Shown in pieces: positions 9,193-19,784 of a stretch of 64,000 nucleotides of DNA. The stretch is taken from NCBI GenBank assembly GCA_034111705.1, contig JAWUWS010000109.1, positions 1,017 to 65,016 on the forward strand. Reading direction: 5' to 3'. The translations under genes and the position numbers were made by a program. The DNA comes from Psychrosphaera sp. (lineage in GTDB: Bacteria; Pseudomonadota; Gammaproteobacteria; Enterobacterales; Alteromonadaceae). The notes under the pieces were generated by a model. It was not told the origin of the DNA and made no database searches. It saw nothing but the letters and a program-made list of their open reading frames with translations. The stretch's first letter is position 1, and every line of letters starts with the position of its first letter.

Positions 9193-11409
9193 ATGAGCCT
9201 AAGAACGTCATTTAGAAAAATTTTACCTGAAATTTCTCGCACAGAACAAGAAGCGTTAGACGCTGGGGATACTTGGCTTGAAGCTTCTATATATCAAGGT
9301 AAGCCGGATTTTAATGCTTTGTTACAGACTGCACCTTCTAAGCTAACTGAGCGTGAACAAGCATTCATCGATGGACCTCTTCAAGAGCTGTTAGAAATGA
9401 TAGATGATGTGGAAGTTCATAATAACATTCATATTCCACCACGTATTTTGCAGCATTTAAAAGATCATAAATTTTTCGCCTTTATTATTCCTCAAGAATT
9501 TGGTGGGTTAGAGTTTAGTGCTTATGCAAGTTCTACTATTGTTGCGAGAATCTCAACAAAAAGTAATCCAATTGCAACAACAGTTATGGTTCCAAACTCA
9601 TTAGGACCAGGCGAATTATTAGCGCATTTTGGTACTGATGAACAAAAACAACATTATTTACCGCGTTTATCTGACGGTTTAGAAATTCCATGTTTTGCAT
9701 TAACTAGCCCAGAAGCTGGTTCTGATGCTGGTGGTATTCCAGATACAGCAATTGTTACTAAAGGTATGTATAACGGCGAAGAAGTTGTCGGCTTACGTTG
9801 TACTTGGGACAAACGTTATATTACGTTAGCACCAATTTCGACTGTACTTGGTCTTGCGGTTAAAGCATTTGACCCAGACAACCTTTTAGGTGATGAAGAA
9901 GATTTAGGTATTACTTGCTTGCTACTACCAACAGATTACGAAGGTGTACAAGTTGGTAACCGTCATAACCCATTAGGCGTTAAATTCTATAATGGTACGA
10001 CACGTGGTACTGATGTATTCGTACCAATGGAATTTGTTATCGGTGGACAGAAAAATATCGGTAAAGGCTGGCAAATGCTAGTGGCATGTTTAGGTGCTGG
10101 ACGTGGTGTTTCATTACCTGCAAACGGTTGTGCAACAGGCCATGCTTCACTTAAATCAACGTCAGAGTACGCTGCAATTCGTGAACAATTTGGCATGCCA
10201 ATTGGTAAATTCGAAGGTATTCAAGAGCAACTAGCTCTAATCGGTGGTTTAACTTACAACTTAGAAGCAATGCGTCATTTAGTATTGAATTCTTTAGATG
10301 CAGGTTTAAAACCATCAGTTATTACCGCAATGGCTAAATACCACATGACTGAGATGGGCCGAGATTGTCTTGAAGCGGGCATGGATGTTCAAGCTGGTAA
10401 AGGCATCCAAATGGGTCCTAACAATGTATTGGCAAGTGCTTATTTTGCCACTCCAATCGGTATTACGGTTGAAGGTGCAAACATCTTAACTCGTAACTTA
10501 ATGATCTTTGGTCAAGGTGCAACTCGTTGTCACCCGTATGTTCAAGACTTAATCTCTGTTATTCACTCTGAAGAAAAAGGTGCGGATAAAGAATTTAATA
10601 AGTTAATGAGAAAAACCATTGGCTATAGCACTAAAAACTTCTTACGTGGCGTTGCTACAGCTTATTTACCAGGTTTCGGTGGCGGTAAAAATGCAGAGCC
10701 TATGGTTAAGAAGTTTGAAAAACAAATTAATCGTTTGTCTTCAGCGTTAGCTGTTCAAGCTGATTTTGCTCTATTAGTATTAGGTGGCGATTTAAAACGT
10801 AAAGAAATGTTATCCGCACGTTTAGGCGACGTAATGAGCTACTTATTCATGGCGATGGGTAACATTAAGTTTTACTTACAAAGCGACTGTCGTGAAGAAA
10901 TAAAGCCATATTTCAATTACGGTACTACTTGGGCATTAAAACAAGCTGAAGATGCATTATTTGCTTTCTCAGATAATTTCCCAAATAGATTCGTAGCGGG
11001 CTTTCTAAGTGCTAAGTTAGGTATGCCGTTTATTAAACACTCTAAAATATCTGACAAGATGATCACTGATCTTGCTGAAGCAACATTAAAAGATAATGCA
11101 GCTAAAAAGACCTTAACATCTTTAGTTAGTATGGTAGGTCGTGATGGCTTTACAGTATTAGAAGACGCTTACAAAGCTAAATTAGATGTATTGCCACTGT
11201 TAGATAAAATGAAAGCAGCAACACGTAAAGGAACAATTAAGAAGCAATTAAGATTTGCTGAATTAGTTGATGTAGCTGTAGCTGCTGAAGTGATATCTGC
11301 AGATGAGAAAGTTAAATTAACAGCTTATGATACTAAACGTAAGCTAGCAATTGCTGTTGATGAATACACATTTGATATGGAATTATTGACAAATATAGAT
11401 GCTAAATAA
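9193..11409 (+). CDS. fadE: Acyl-CoA dehydrogenase, FadE family
   Basis: TEQEALDAG, MVPNSLGPGELL, CFALTSPEAGSDAG, ITVEGANILTR; C-terminal FadE (DUF1974-type) domain. Confidence 0.92.
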   Translation: MSLRTSFRKILPEISRTEQEALDAGDTWLEASIYQGKPDFNALLQTAPSKLTEREQAFIDGPLQELLEMIDDVEVHNNIHIPPRILQHLKDHKFFAFIIPQEFGGLEFSAYASSTIVARISTKSNPIATTVMVPNSLGPGELLAHFGTDEQKQHYLPRLSDGLEIPCFALTSPEAGSDAGGIPDTAIVTKGMYNGEEVVGLRCTWDKRYITLAPISTVLGLAVKAFDPDNLLGDEEDLGITCLLLPTDYEGVQVGNRHNPLGVKFYNGTTRGTDVFVPMEFVIGGQKNIGKGWQMLVACLGAGRGVSLPANGCATGHASLKSTSEYAAIREQFGMPIGKFEGIQEQLALIGGLTYNLEAMRHLVLNSLDAGLKPSVITAMAKYHMTEMGRDCLEAGMDVQAGKGIQMGPNNVLASAYFATPIGITVEGANILTRNLMIFGQGATRCHPYVQDLISVIHSEEKGADKEFNKLMRKTIGYSTKNFLRGVATAYLPGFGGGKNAEPMVKKFEKQINRLSSALAVQADFALLVLGGDLKRKEMLSARLGDVMSYLFMAMGNIKFYLQSDCREEIKPYFNYGTTWALKQAEDALFAFSDNFPNRFVAGFLSAKLGMPFIKHSKISDKMITDLAEATLKDNAAKKTLTSLVSMVGRDGFTVLEDAYKAKLDVLPLLDKMKAATRKGTIKKQLRFAELVDVAVAAEVISADEKVKLTAYDTKRKLAIAVDEYTFDMELLTNIDAK

Positions 11410-11437
11410 GCATTATTAGTTAAGCTGATTTAGACAG

Positions 11438-11465
11438 AAAAAGGCGCTTGTTAAGCGTCTTTTTT
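11438..11465 (+). terminator. Intrinsic terminator of fadE
   Basis: AAAAAGGCGCTT-GTT-AAGCGTCTTTTT stem with a T tract. Confidence 0.8.
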
Positions 11466-11475
11466 ATTGCCTAAA

Positions 11476-11517
11476 ATAAGCTATAAGCTATAAGCTATAA
11501 GCTATAAGCTATAAGCT
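11476..11517. repeat. Perfect heptamer tandem repeat (ATAAGCT)x6
   Basis: Six exact copies read directly from the sequence. Confidence 0.95.
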
Positions 11518-11524
11518 TGATGTG

Positions 11525-11650
11525 TGATGTGACCTCGTAAAAGTAGACACGGGGTTAATTTATTTCTTCATATTGCATGGGACTCATATACCCTAGAGTT
11601 CCATGCCTTCTTACTGAGTTGTAATATTTTTCAATATAAAAGCGACTTTG
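11525..11650 (-). mobile_element. IS3-family insertion sequence relic (right terminal inverted repeat plus transposase C-terminus)
   Basis: Minus strand 11650-11555 translates QSRFYIEKYYNSVRRHGTLGYMSPMQYEEIN*, matching the IS3 OrfB tail (YN..RRH..LGY.SP..YE). It is followed by a terminus reading TGATGTGACCTCGTAAAAGTAGACAC on the plus strand, resembling IS3 IRs (TGA...GACAC). Confidence 0.85.
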
Positions 11651-11690
11651 AAAAGTAAATCAATCTATTATGAACCGGATAAAAACGCGA

Positions 11691-11717
11691 AAAAAAACCG
11701 TAACATAAGTTACGGTT
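11691..11717 (-). terminator. Intrinsic terminator of the M28 peptidase gene
   Basis: AACCGTAAC-ATAA-GTTACGGTT stem; A run on the plus strand gives a U tract on the minus strand. Confidence 0.75.
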
Positions 11718-11770
11718 GAATTGTTTTATAAACGTAGCTCTTAACGAACTCAGTTGTTTGTCAAATTGGA

Positions 11771-13417
11771 TTATTTACCAGTTTGACCGAACGTTTTCCC
11801 AAAGAAGCTATCTTCTAACCAATATGGGCGTTCGTCTTGATTAGCAACGATTAAACCAATACGAATATTAACATCAGCAAATACCTTAGCTGCGTCGTAG
11901 TTGATTGGTAAGTCTAATGAATCAGATGGTTTATGGTAATGCTTAGCAAAAAACTCACCCCAAACTTTTCCGCCATCTTCACCTTCCGTTTTTGATGTGA
12001 AACCTGTCATTAAGAAAACAGATGGAACACCCTTTTTAACAAAGTTGTAGTGATCTGAACGAGTAAAAATAGCTTGTTCTGGCATTGGATCTGGACTTAA
12101 GCCAATACCTAATTCGCCAGCCGCTTTTTTAACAATTGAACCCATAGAGCTATGGTTTGCACCAAAGGCAATAACGTCAGCAAAGTCATACAATAAAACT
12201 GGCATATCTAAATTTACGTTAGCAATCATAGATGACAAAGGAACGGTTGGGTTGTTCGCAAAGTAACTTGCCCCTAATAAACCTTTTTCTTCAGCAGTAA
12301 CCACGGTAAATAAGATTGAGCGGCGTGGGCGCTCTGAGTTAGCTAACACACGAGCGGTTTCTAATAATACAGAAACACCTGAAGCATTATCCATAGCACC
12401 GTTATTGATACGGTCTTTAGTTGTCACATCTTTTGCTAAACCAATGTGATCTAAGTGAGCAGTGAATATTACGTATTCATCTTTCAATACTGGATCTGAG
12501 CCAGGTAACACAGCTACAATATTTGGAGATGTAATTTTTTCATGACGAGATTTAGATGCCAATTCAATGCTAGCGTTTAGGTTAAAACCTTTGATCTCTT
12601 TATCTTCATTGTCTAAAGCAAAAATATCTTCTAGTGACGTTGGAGCATTAGCAAATAATTTTTTGCCAGCTTCCATATTCAAATAAGCGCCGCCTTTAAA
12701 TTGTTTTTGTACACCGTGCGGAGCACCTTCTTTATCTAACCAACGAAGAGAAGGAGAGCCTAAGTAATTTAAAGACGTTGTGTATGAACGTACTTTTTCT
12801 CTTTTTGGGGTATGTAATGTTACAAATCCAATCGCACCATGCTTAGCTGCATTTGCTGATTTAAGTTTACCAGAACCTAAATGAGCACCTTCTTCTGACG
12901 GCCAAGCTTTTGGACGACCGGTTAAAGCAACAACGATTTTACCTTCAACATCTAAGCCTTTGTAATCATCGTAGTTATAATCTTCAGCAATTAAGCCATA
13001 ACCAACAAAAACCATGTCTGCTTCTATACTCGATTCGGTAGATGATGTGCTAGCACTCATCATGTAGTCTTGTGGATATTTAAGCTCAATAGTGTCAGAA
13101 CCAGTGTTAATTTTTACCATAGTGCTGGTTTGATCTAAATATGCACGTCTAAATGGCACACGCTGCATGTAACCATCTTCACCCGCTGGCACTAAGCCCA
13201 TTTTTTTAAATTCAGAAGCTACATAATTAGCTGCGATTTCATAACCTTGGCTTCCAGTATCACGGCCTTCTAACTGATCATCAGCTAAAAACTCTAAGTG
13301 AGCCTGTATACGTGCTTTTTCAACGCTAACGGGAGTGACTTCACTCGCTGTTTGCTGCGAACATGCTGCAAGTAATGCAACAAAGACAGTTAGACTAAAT
13401 TGTTTAATTAATTTCAT
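11771..13417 (-). CDS. M28-family metallopeptidase lipoprotein with PA domain
   Basis: Lipobox LAAC, LEGRDTGS, AHLDHIG, NGAMDNASG, AEEKGLLG, RSDH, YHKPSD. Confidence 0.92.
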   Translation of the reverse strand: MKLIKQFSLTVFVALLAACSQQTASEVTPVSVEKARIQAHLEFLADDQLEGRDTGSQGYEIAANYVASEFKKMGLVPAGEDGYMQRVPFRRAYLDQTSTMVKINTGSDTIELKYPQDYMMSASTSSTESSIEADMVFVGYGLIAEDYNYDDYKGLDVEGKIVVALTGRPKAWPSEEGAHLGSGKLKSANAAKHGAIGFVTLHTPKREKVRSYTTSLNYLGSPSLRWLDKEGAPHGVQKQFKGGAYLNMEAGKKLFANAPTSLEDIFALDNEDKEIKGFNLNASIELASKSRHEKITSPNIVAVLPGSDPVLKDEYVIFTAHLDHIGLAKDVTTKDRINNGAMDNASGVSVLLETARVLANSERPRRSILFTVVTAEEKGLLGASYFANNPTVPLSSMIANVNLDMPVLLYDFADVIAFGANHSSMGSIVKKAAGELGIGLSPDPMPEQAIFTRSDHYNFVKKGVPSVFLMTGFTSKTEGEDGGKVWGEFFAKHYHKPSDSLDLPINYDAAKVFADVNIRIGLIVANQDERPYWLEDSFFGKTFGQTGK

Positions 13418-13544
13418 ATTATGATTTTAGTAACCTTATAAATTATGACGTGTGCTGATTCTACATGATTTGGTTATTCTTGATGATAAAAAACTTATAT
13501 AGAAATCCAAATAAATAGATACAGAACAATTCATTTCAGATGTT

Positions 13545-13572
13545 AAAAAGGCAATCTAGATTAGATTGCCTT
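13545..13572 (-). terminator. Intrinsic terminator of hslR-hslO
   Basis: AAGGCAATCTA-GAT-TAGATTGCCTT perfect stem with an adjacent A run. Confidence 0.75.
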
Positions 13573-13593
13573 ATTTGTTGTTTATGAATAACG

Positions 13594-14478
13594 TTAATTC
13601 ACACTGTCGTTCTGTTCGGCAGAGTTTTTAAATAAGGCTTCAACATCAACCGCATCAAAGTGATAGTCAGTTAAGCAAAATTGGCAAGATATTTCGATAT
13701 TGCCACGTTCTTCTATTAATGCCATCGCATCCTCAAAACTTAGTTTTAATATTGCTGCTGAGGTTTTTTCACGAGAACAACCACACTTATAACTGATCTC
13801 TTGTGGTTCAAATAACACCGGATTATCTTCATGGTACAGGCGAGTTAATACTTCTTTTGCAGGAAGGTTTAAAAGCTCTTCATCGGTAATCGTATTTGTT
13901 AACGCTTCTAAATGAGTAAAGTCATCATTAGCTTTAGCTTCTACAGGTAGAATTTGTAACAACATGCCTGCTGACTTACCGTTATGCTCTGATGTATCGG
14001 TAGCTAACCACACTCGAGTACGCAATTGCTCTGAGTTTTTGAAGTATTCTTCAATACATAACGACAATGAATCTTGATCTAATGCAGCAATACCTTGATA
14101 GCGATCGCCTTGATCAGGAGCGATAGTAATAACCATATAACCAGAACCAATCAATTCTGGAATTGTGGCTGGTTTAATATCATCACTATATTTAGCGGTT
14201 GCTCGCATTTGTTGTTTATTATTGCCATTAACAACAGCGTAATTAAGTGGGCCGTCACCTTGTAACTGAACGCTAATGTCACCTTCAAATTTGATGGTTG
14301 CTGTTAATAAGCTAGTAATTGCCAATAACTCACCTAATATTTGCTTAACAATATCTGGGTACTGGTGGTTTTCTAACATAGCATTATAGCTATGGCTCAT
14401 TTGCACAATCTCGCCACGAACGTCACGTTGTTCAAAAATATATCTGTGTAATAAGTCTTGTGTGTGTTTCTTTGTCAT
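13594..14478 (-). CDS. hslO: Hsp33 redox-regulated chaperone
   Basis: DVRGEIV, QLQGDGP, YFKNSEQL, zinc motif CGCSREK...CQFC. Confidence 0.96.
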   Translation of the reverse strand: MTKKHTQDLLHRYIFEQRDVRGEIVQMSHSYNAMLENHQYPDIVKQILGELLAITSLLTATIKFEGDISVQLQGDGPLNYAVVNGNNKQQMRATAKYSDDIKPATIPELIGSGYMVITIAPDQGDRYQGIAALDQDSLSLCIEEYFKNSEQLRTRVWLATDTSEHNGKSAGMLLQILPVEAKANDDFTHLEALTNTITDEELLNLPAKEVLTRLYHEDNPVLFEPQEISYKCGCSREKTSAAILKLSFEDAMALIEERGNIEISCQFCLTDYHFDAVDVEALFKNSAEQNDSVN

Positions 14479-14487
14479 AAAATTTTG

Positions 14488-14883
14488 TTACTCAAAGTTA
14501 TCTATATTTTTAAAATTAATTAGGGTTCTTCGTTGCTTTTTATCTGGTTTGGATATTGGCCTAGGAGAAAATGCAATGCTTTGCTCTCGAGCGAGTTGCG
14601 TACTTTGCCTTTGCTCCATACTGGATTCGGTTTCTTGATAAAGAGTTTGGGCAATTTCAAATTTTTGTCTTTTAGCTGAAATAGCTTTAATAATTATAAC
14701 TTTTTCATCATAGCCTTGCCTTAATTTTACCTTTGCCCCAACATCTACAGCCTTGGAGGCTTTACATCGTTGACCATTATAATGAACTTTACCGCCATTG
14801 ATCATGTCTGTAGCCGTAGAACGAGTTTTATAAAATCGTGCGGCCCATAGCCATTTATCTAAACGCACTTTAGTTTCAGACAT
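14488..14883 (-). CDS. hslR: Ribosome-associated heat shock protein Hsp15
   Basis: VRLDKWLWAARFYKTRS S4 domain and KPDKKQRR tail; adjacent to hslO. Confidence 0.96.
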   Translation of the reverse strand: MSETKVRLDKWLWAARFYKTRSTATDMINGGKVHYNGQRCKASKAVDVGAKVKLRQGYDEKVIIIKAISAKRQKFEIAQTLYQETESSMEQRQSTQLAREQSIAFSPRPISKPDKKQRRTLINFKNIDNFE

Positions 14884-15059
14884 AGTAATTACAATGAACC
14901 TTAAAAAAATAGCCAGAAAAACGCTGATAATTTAGCATATGTAGTGATTTTTAACCACTTGTAGGGTTATACTAAGCGGTATTTTTATTATTAAGCTAAT
15001 AATTTTAGTACTGAAATATAACAATAGTAATAGACGGATATACTGGAGTACAAAAATTA

Positions 15060-16037
15060 ATGGAGTCGTCTCGCGTGTTTGAGCAACTAAATACCTTTAC
15101 AGGTAAATTACCGCATCAAAAGCTGAGTAAAATAGTAGCCATTACACTATTAGTTTATTGTGCCTACTTATTGGCAGATCTTACTTGGCGATTTGTACCT
15201 ACAACCTCAGATCATGGAACCGTTTCAATCCAACCTTCTATAGCTGTCGTTAACTCGTCGGTAAGAAATAATATCAATTTAAATGATTTATTAAGCACTA
15301 ATCTATTTGGCGACTTAAAGAAAAAAGCGATTGATAAACCAGCCCCCAAAATTGACCAGTCAGCACCTAAAACACGCTTAAATGTAAGGTTGACAGGATT
15401 GGTAGCAGATAGTTCAAACGTCACGTCAGCTACAAGTGTAGCCATAATTGAAAGTGCTGGTAGTCAAGATACTTATGGAATAGATGAAAAAATTAATGGT
15501 ACGTCTGCGTCAGTACATCAGATATTAATCGACCGAGTTCTTTTGTATGTTTCAGGTAGGTATGAAACCTTAATGTTGGAGGGTATCGAATATTCAACAA
15601 CTGTTCCAGGCTCTGACAATAAAGCAGATCATCAGAAAGACAAACAAACGGTGAAAAAAGATAATGCACCGTCAAATGATAAACCAATGAAAAAAGAACG
15701 TTTAGATAAGCGTGGCGATATAGAGCTATCACAATCTTTACGTGAACAAAGAGAAAAGTTATTTGATGATCCTAAGAACTTAATAGACGTTATTAGAGTC
15801 AGACCGTATAGGAAAAGTGGTGAGTTAAAAGGATATAAACTCTCCCCTGGAAAAGATGGCAAGTTATTCACAGAAATTGGATTAAAGCGCAATGATTTAG
15901 CTACAAGTATAAATGGCTATGATTTGACCGACATGCAACAATCTCTAACTGTGATGAAAGAGTTGAGTTCAATGACAGAAGCAACAATAACGGTGGTTAG
16001 AAATGACACCGAAATCGATATTATTTTAGCACTTTAA
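15060..16037 (+). CDS. gspC: Type II secretion protein C
   Basis: N-terminal TM, APKTRLNVRLTG HR domain, C-terminal PDZ; first gene of the gsp operon. Confidence 0.93.
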   Translation: MESSRVFEQLNTFTGKLPHQKLSKIVAITLLVYCAYLLADLTWRFVPTTSDHGTVSIQPSIAVVNSSVRNNINLNDLLSTNLFGDLKKKAIDKPAPKIDQSAPKTRLNVRLTGLVADSSNVTSATSVAIIESAGSQDTYGIDEKINGTSASVHQILIDRVLLYVSGRYETLMLEGIEYSTTVPGSDNKADHQKDKQTVKKDNAPSNDKPMKKERLDKRGDIELSQSLREQREKLFDDPKNLIDVIRVRPYRKSGELKGYKLSPGKDGKLFTEIGLKRNDLATSINGYDLTDMQQSLTVMKELSSMTEATITVVRNDTEIDIILAL

Positions 16038-16056
16038 GTCCCCGGAGTTTATTTTA

Positions 16057-18234
16057 ATGGGTTTGTTTACATCATCAATTAATAGCTTAACTATAAACGT
16101 GGTTAAGTATGTTCGTGTTACTGCGCTGTCGAGTTCTTTAACGATTTTGGCATTGTCTAGTTTATGGGTATCACACCCAGTTTATGCCACACAGTACTCA
16201 CCTAATTTTAAAGGTACTGACATCAATGAGTTTATCAATATTGTTGGTAAAATATTAAAGAAAACTATCATTATTGACCCAACGGTAAGAGGTAAAGTTA
16301 ATGTTCGCTCTTACGACTTATTATCAGAAAAGCAATATTATCAATTCTTTTTAAATGTATTAGAAGTATATGGATATGCTGTTGTTGATATGGGTGGCAG
16401 TATTCTAAAAGTAGTAAAAGCTAAAGATGCCAAAAATTCTGCAATTCCTGTCGTTGGTGGTGACGCCCCAGGAGTTGGTGATGAGATGGTCACGCGAGTA
16501 GTTGAAGTTAAAAATGTATCGGTGCGTGAGTTATCACCTTTATTACGTCAATTCAGTAACCAATCTGGTTCTGGTCATGTTGTTCATTATGACCCTTCAA
16601 ATGTGATCATGATGACAGGGTCAGCAGCAACGGTTAATCGTTTGGTTGATATTATTAATCGTGTAGACAGAGCCGGTGATTTAAAAGTAGAAATTATAAA
16701 ATTAGAATTCGCCTCTGCCAGCGAAATTGTTCGTATTCTAGAAAGTATTTACAGTGCCAAAGGCAATAAAGACCAACCAGAATTTTTAATCCCTAAAATT
16801 GTTTCAGATGATCGTACTAATAGCGTGATTGTCAGTGGTGAGCCGCAAGCTCGTAGTCGAGTAATTAAGTTAATTGAACGTTTAGATGCTGAGCTAGAAA
16901 GCACAGGTAACACTCGAGTGCATTACTTAAAATACGCTAACGCTGAAGAAGTCGTGAAAGTATTAACTGGCGTGTCAGATTCTTTAGCAGCAGATGGAAA
17001 AGCCGGAGCTGCAAGTAAAACCAACTCTCGTAGTCAAAAACGTGATTATTCAATTCAAGCACATGAAGACTCTAATTCCCTAGTTATTAACGCAGAACCA
17101 GACATGATGCGCTCTTTAGAACAGATTATTCGCCAGCTAGATATTCGCCGCCAACAAGTATTAGTTGAAGCCATCATAGTGGAAGTGTATGAAAGTGAAG
17201 GTATTAACTTAGGTGTGCAATGGGGCAGTGAAGACATTGGCTTTACCCAGTTTAATAACGGGGCAGTTACCCCTGTATCTTCAATTGCGGGTGCTGCTTA
17301 TGATGCTAGAGAGACCACAACTGAAACTATTGTATACAACACCAATGATGATGGCGAAACTATCGGCTCAGTATTATCGACGACAGAAGAAGGTGATTAC
17401 ACAGCTCTGGCTACGATACTTAGTGGTATGAGTGGTTTTGCTACTGGCATCATTAAAGATGGTTGGGGAGCGGTTATTCAGGCGGTGAGTAATGATACTA
17501 ATTCTAATGTTCTAGCAACACCTTCTATCACTACTCTGGATAATGAAGAAGCCTCTATTTTAGTGGGTTCAGAAGTACCAATTATTACAGGTGCATCAAC
17601 AGGCAGCAATAACGCAAATCCATTTCAAACCGTTGAGCGTACAGAGGTCGGGATTAAGTTAAGTGTCACCCCACAAATAAATGAAGGCACAGCAGTTCAG
17701 TTATTAATTGACCAAGAAGTGTCTAGTGTGAGTGGTGCAACTGGGGTTGATTTGGGTATTAATAAACGTTCTATTAAAACCACTGTACTAGCAGAAGATG
17801 GTGCCACTATTGTGATAGGTGGTTTAATTGATGAAGATGTACAAGAAAGTGTATCTAAAGTTCCACTACTTGGTGATATCCCTTATATAGGTCACTTATT
17901 TAGATCAACGAGCACGACAAAGCGTAAGCGTAATTTGATGGTATTTATCCGAGCTGTAATCATCAGAGAAGGTGATGATTTAGTTGGTGAAAGCCGTCGA
18001 AAATATAATCATATGCGTGCGCTTCAAATAGAACGTGAAGAAGATGGTGTTGAATTAATGCCGTTTACTAGTCATCCAGTGTTAGGTGAATGGGATGAAT
18101 CAATTGCGTTACCGCCGTCTTTTGAAGAGTATTTAAATGAAAAGCAACCCAATGCATTAAAAGATTTAAAGTCGGACGATAAAGACGAGCAGGATGATGA
18201 AAGTAAGAGTGATGAGAGCAAGGGTGACAACTAA
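16057..18234 (+). CDS. gspD: Type II secretion secretin D
   Basis: [12 protein letters not shown]0 domain, [11 protein letters not shown], secretin signature [17 protein letters not shown]. Confidence 0.96.
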   Translation: MGLFTSSINSLTINVVKYVRVTALSSSLTILALSSLWVSHPVYATQYSPNFKGTDINEFINIVGKILKKTIIIDPTVRGKVNVRSYDLLSEKQYYQFFLNVLEVYGYAVVDMGGSILKVVKAKDAKNSAIPVVGGDAPGVGDEMVTRVVEVKNVSVRELSPLLRQFSNQSGSGHVVHYDPSNVIMMTGSAATVNRLVDIINRVDRAGDLKVEIIKLEFASASEIVRILESIYSAKGNKDQPEFLIPKIVSDDRTNSVIVSGEPQARSRVIKLIERLDAELESTGNTRVHYLKYANAEEVVKVLTGVSDSLAADGKAGAASKTNSRSQKRDYSIQAHEDSNSLVINAEPDMMRSLEQIIRQLDIRRQQVLVEAIIVEVYESEGINLGVQWGSEDIGFTQFNNGAVTPVSSIAGAAYDARETTTETIVYNTNDDGETIGSVLSTTEEGDYTALATILSGMSGFATGIIKDGWGAVIQAVSNDTNSNVLATPSITTLDNEEASILVGSEVPIITGASTGSNNANPFQTVERTEVGIKLSVTPQINEGTAVQLLIDQEVSSVSGATGVDLGINKRSIKTTVLAEDGATIVIGGLIDEDVQESVSKVPLLGDIPYIGHLFRSTSTTKRKRNLMVFIRAVIIREGDDLVGESRRKYNHMRALQIEREEDGVELMPFTSHPVLGEWDESIALPPSFEEYLNEKQPNALKDLKSDDKDEQDDESKSDESKGDN

Positions 18235-19784
18235 TGTCAGAAGTAGAACCTCAAACTTTTATATCTAAAAGTACCGACGTTGAAATGGACGCCTCTTGTG
18301 TTGATGACGACTCAGGAATTAAACGCTTACCGTTTGGTTTTGCTCAACGTTTCGGTATTTTAATATCTTATCAGCAAGATAAGCCAAGGATGTTAATTAA
18401 AGCAGCTACCTCAATGCATGCGTTAATTGAGGTTCGTCGTTTTCTAGGTTTTGTATTACCAGCGTCTACTATTTCAGACGATGAATTTGATACAGAACTT
18501 GAGCAAAGTTATCAGCGTAATGCTTCTGAAACTCAACAGCTTATGGAAGACATAGGTAACGAAGTTGATTTATTTTCAATTGCTGAAGAAATGCCAGGAA
18601 CGGAAGACTTACTTGAAGGTGAAGATGACGCACCTATCATTAAACTGATCAATGCAACATTATCAGAGGCGATAAAAGAAGGAGCTTCTGACATTCATAT
18701 TGAGACGTTTGAGAAGCAGCTCGTAATACGCTTTCGTGTTGATGGTGTATTACGTGAAGTGTTGTCCCCAAATCGTAAATTATCCTCTTTACTTGTCTCC
18801 AGAATAAAAGTTATGGCGCATTTAGACATAGCTGAGAAACGTATTCCGCAAGATGGTCGTATATCATTACGGATTGCAGGTCGTGCTATTGATGTACGTG
18901 TATCAACTATGCCGTCGTCCTATGGTGAACGTGTGGTTATGCGTTTGTTAGACAAAAATAACGCCAGATTAGACTTAGTAGATTTAGGTATGACACCTGC
19001 TAATCAACAAAAATTTGCTGAACTGCTACGTAAACCTCACGGAATTATTTTAGTTACAGGGCCAACAGGCTCAGGTAAAAGTACGACCTTGTATGCGGGC
19101 CTTACCAATATAAATAGCAAAGACAGAAATATTTTAACGGTAGAAGATCCGGTGGAATATGAACTCGCTGGTGTTGGTCAAACTCAAGTTAATACTAAAG
19201 TTGATATGACCTTTGCTCGAGGATTACGCGCTATCTTACGCCAAGATCCAGACGTTGTGATGATAGGTGAAATTCGAGATTTAGAAACTGCAGAAATTGC
19301 AGTTCAGGCCAGTTTAACGGGTCACTTAGTTATTTCCACATTACATACCAATACCGCATCTGGTGCGATTACTCGTATGGAAGATATGGGAGTAGAACCG
19401 TTTTTATTATCATCAAGTTTGTTAGCTGTTATTTCACAACGCTTAGTTAGAACCTTATGTGGTAGTTGTAAAATTGATTACACGCCTGATGCAGCAGAAA
19501 AGCAAATGCTAGGTTTAGCTAGCGATGATGACCGTACTATTTATCATCCAAAAGGTTGTGATAAGTGTAATTTCACAGGTTATCGTGGCCGAGTGGGAAT
19601 TCATGAGTTACTCGTTGTTGATGAAGTGGTACGTGAACATATTCACAACGGACAAGGCGAACAGTCGATTGAAAAATATGTTCGTCAACATGCGCCAGGC
19701 ATTAGAGATGATGGTATGGGTAAAGTATTAGCTGGGGTCACAACATTAGAAGAAGTGTTACGTGTTACCCGCGAGGATAACTAA
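18234..19784 (+). CDS. gspE: Type II secretion ATPase E
   Basis: [25 protein letters not shown], Cys metal motif. Confidence 0.97.
   Translation: MSEVEPQTFISKSTDVEMDASCVDDDSGIKRLPFGFAQRFGILISYQQDKPRMLIKAATSMHALIEVRRFLGFVLPASTISDDEFDTELEQSYQRNASETQQLMEDIGNEVDLFSIAEEMPGTEDLLEGEDDAPIIKLINATLSEAIKEGASDIHIETFEKQLVIRFRVDGVLREVLSPNRKLSSLLVSRIKVMAHLDIAEKRIPQDGRISLRIAGRAIDVRVSTMPSSYGERVVMRLLDKNNARLDLVDLGMTPANQQKFAELLRKPHGIILVTGPTGSGKSTTLYAGLTNINSKDRNILTVEDPVEYELAGVGQTQVNTKVDMTFARGLRAILRQDPDVVMIGEIRDLETAEIAVQASLTGHLVISTLHTNTASGAITRMEDMGVEPFLLSSSLLAVISQRLVRTLCGSCKIDYTPDAAEKQMLGLASDDDRTIYHPKGCDKCNFTGYRGRVGIHELLVVDEVVREHIHNGQGEQSIEKYVRQHAPGIRDDGMGKVLAGVTTLEEVLRVTREDN

Noticed and set aside
9987-10196. 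Minus-strand 69-aa ORF in fadE
   Set aside because: Antisense shadow.
11476-11560. Possible CRISPR array
   Set aside because: Repeats are 7 bp with no spacers, and no cas genes are present.
14884-15059. Sigma-32 promoter for hslR-hslO
   Set aside because: No convincing CTTGAA-N13/14-CCCCAT match found by eye.
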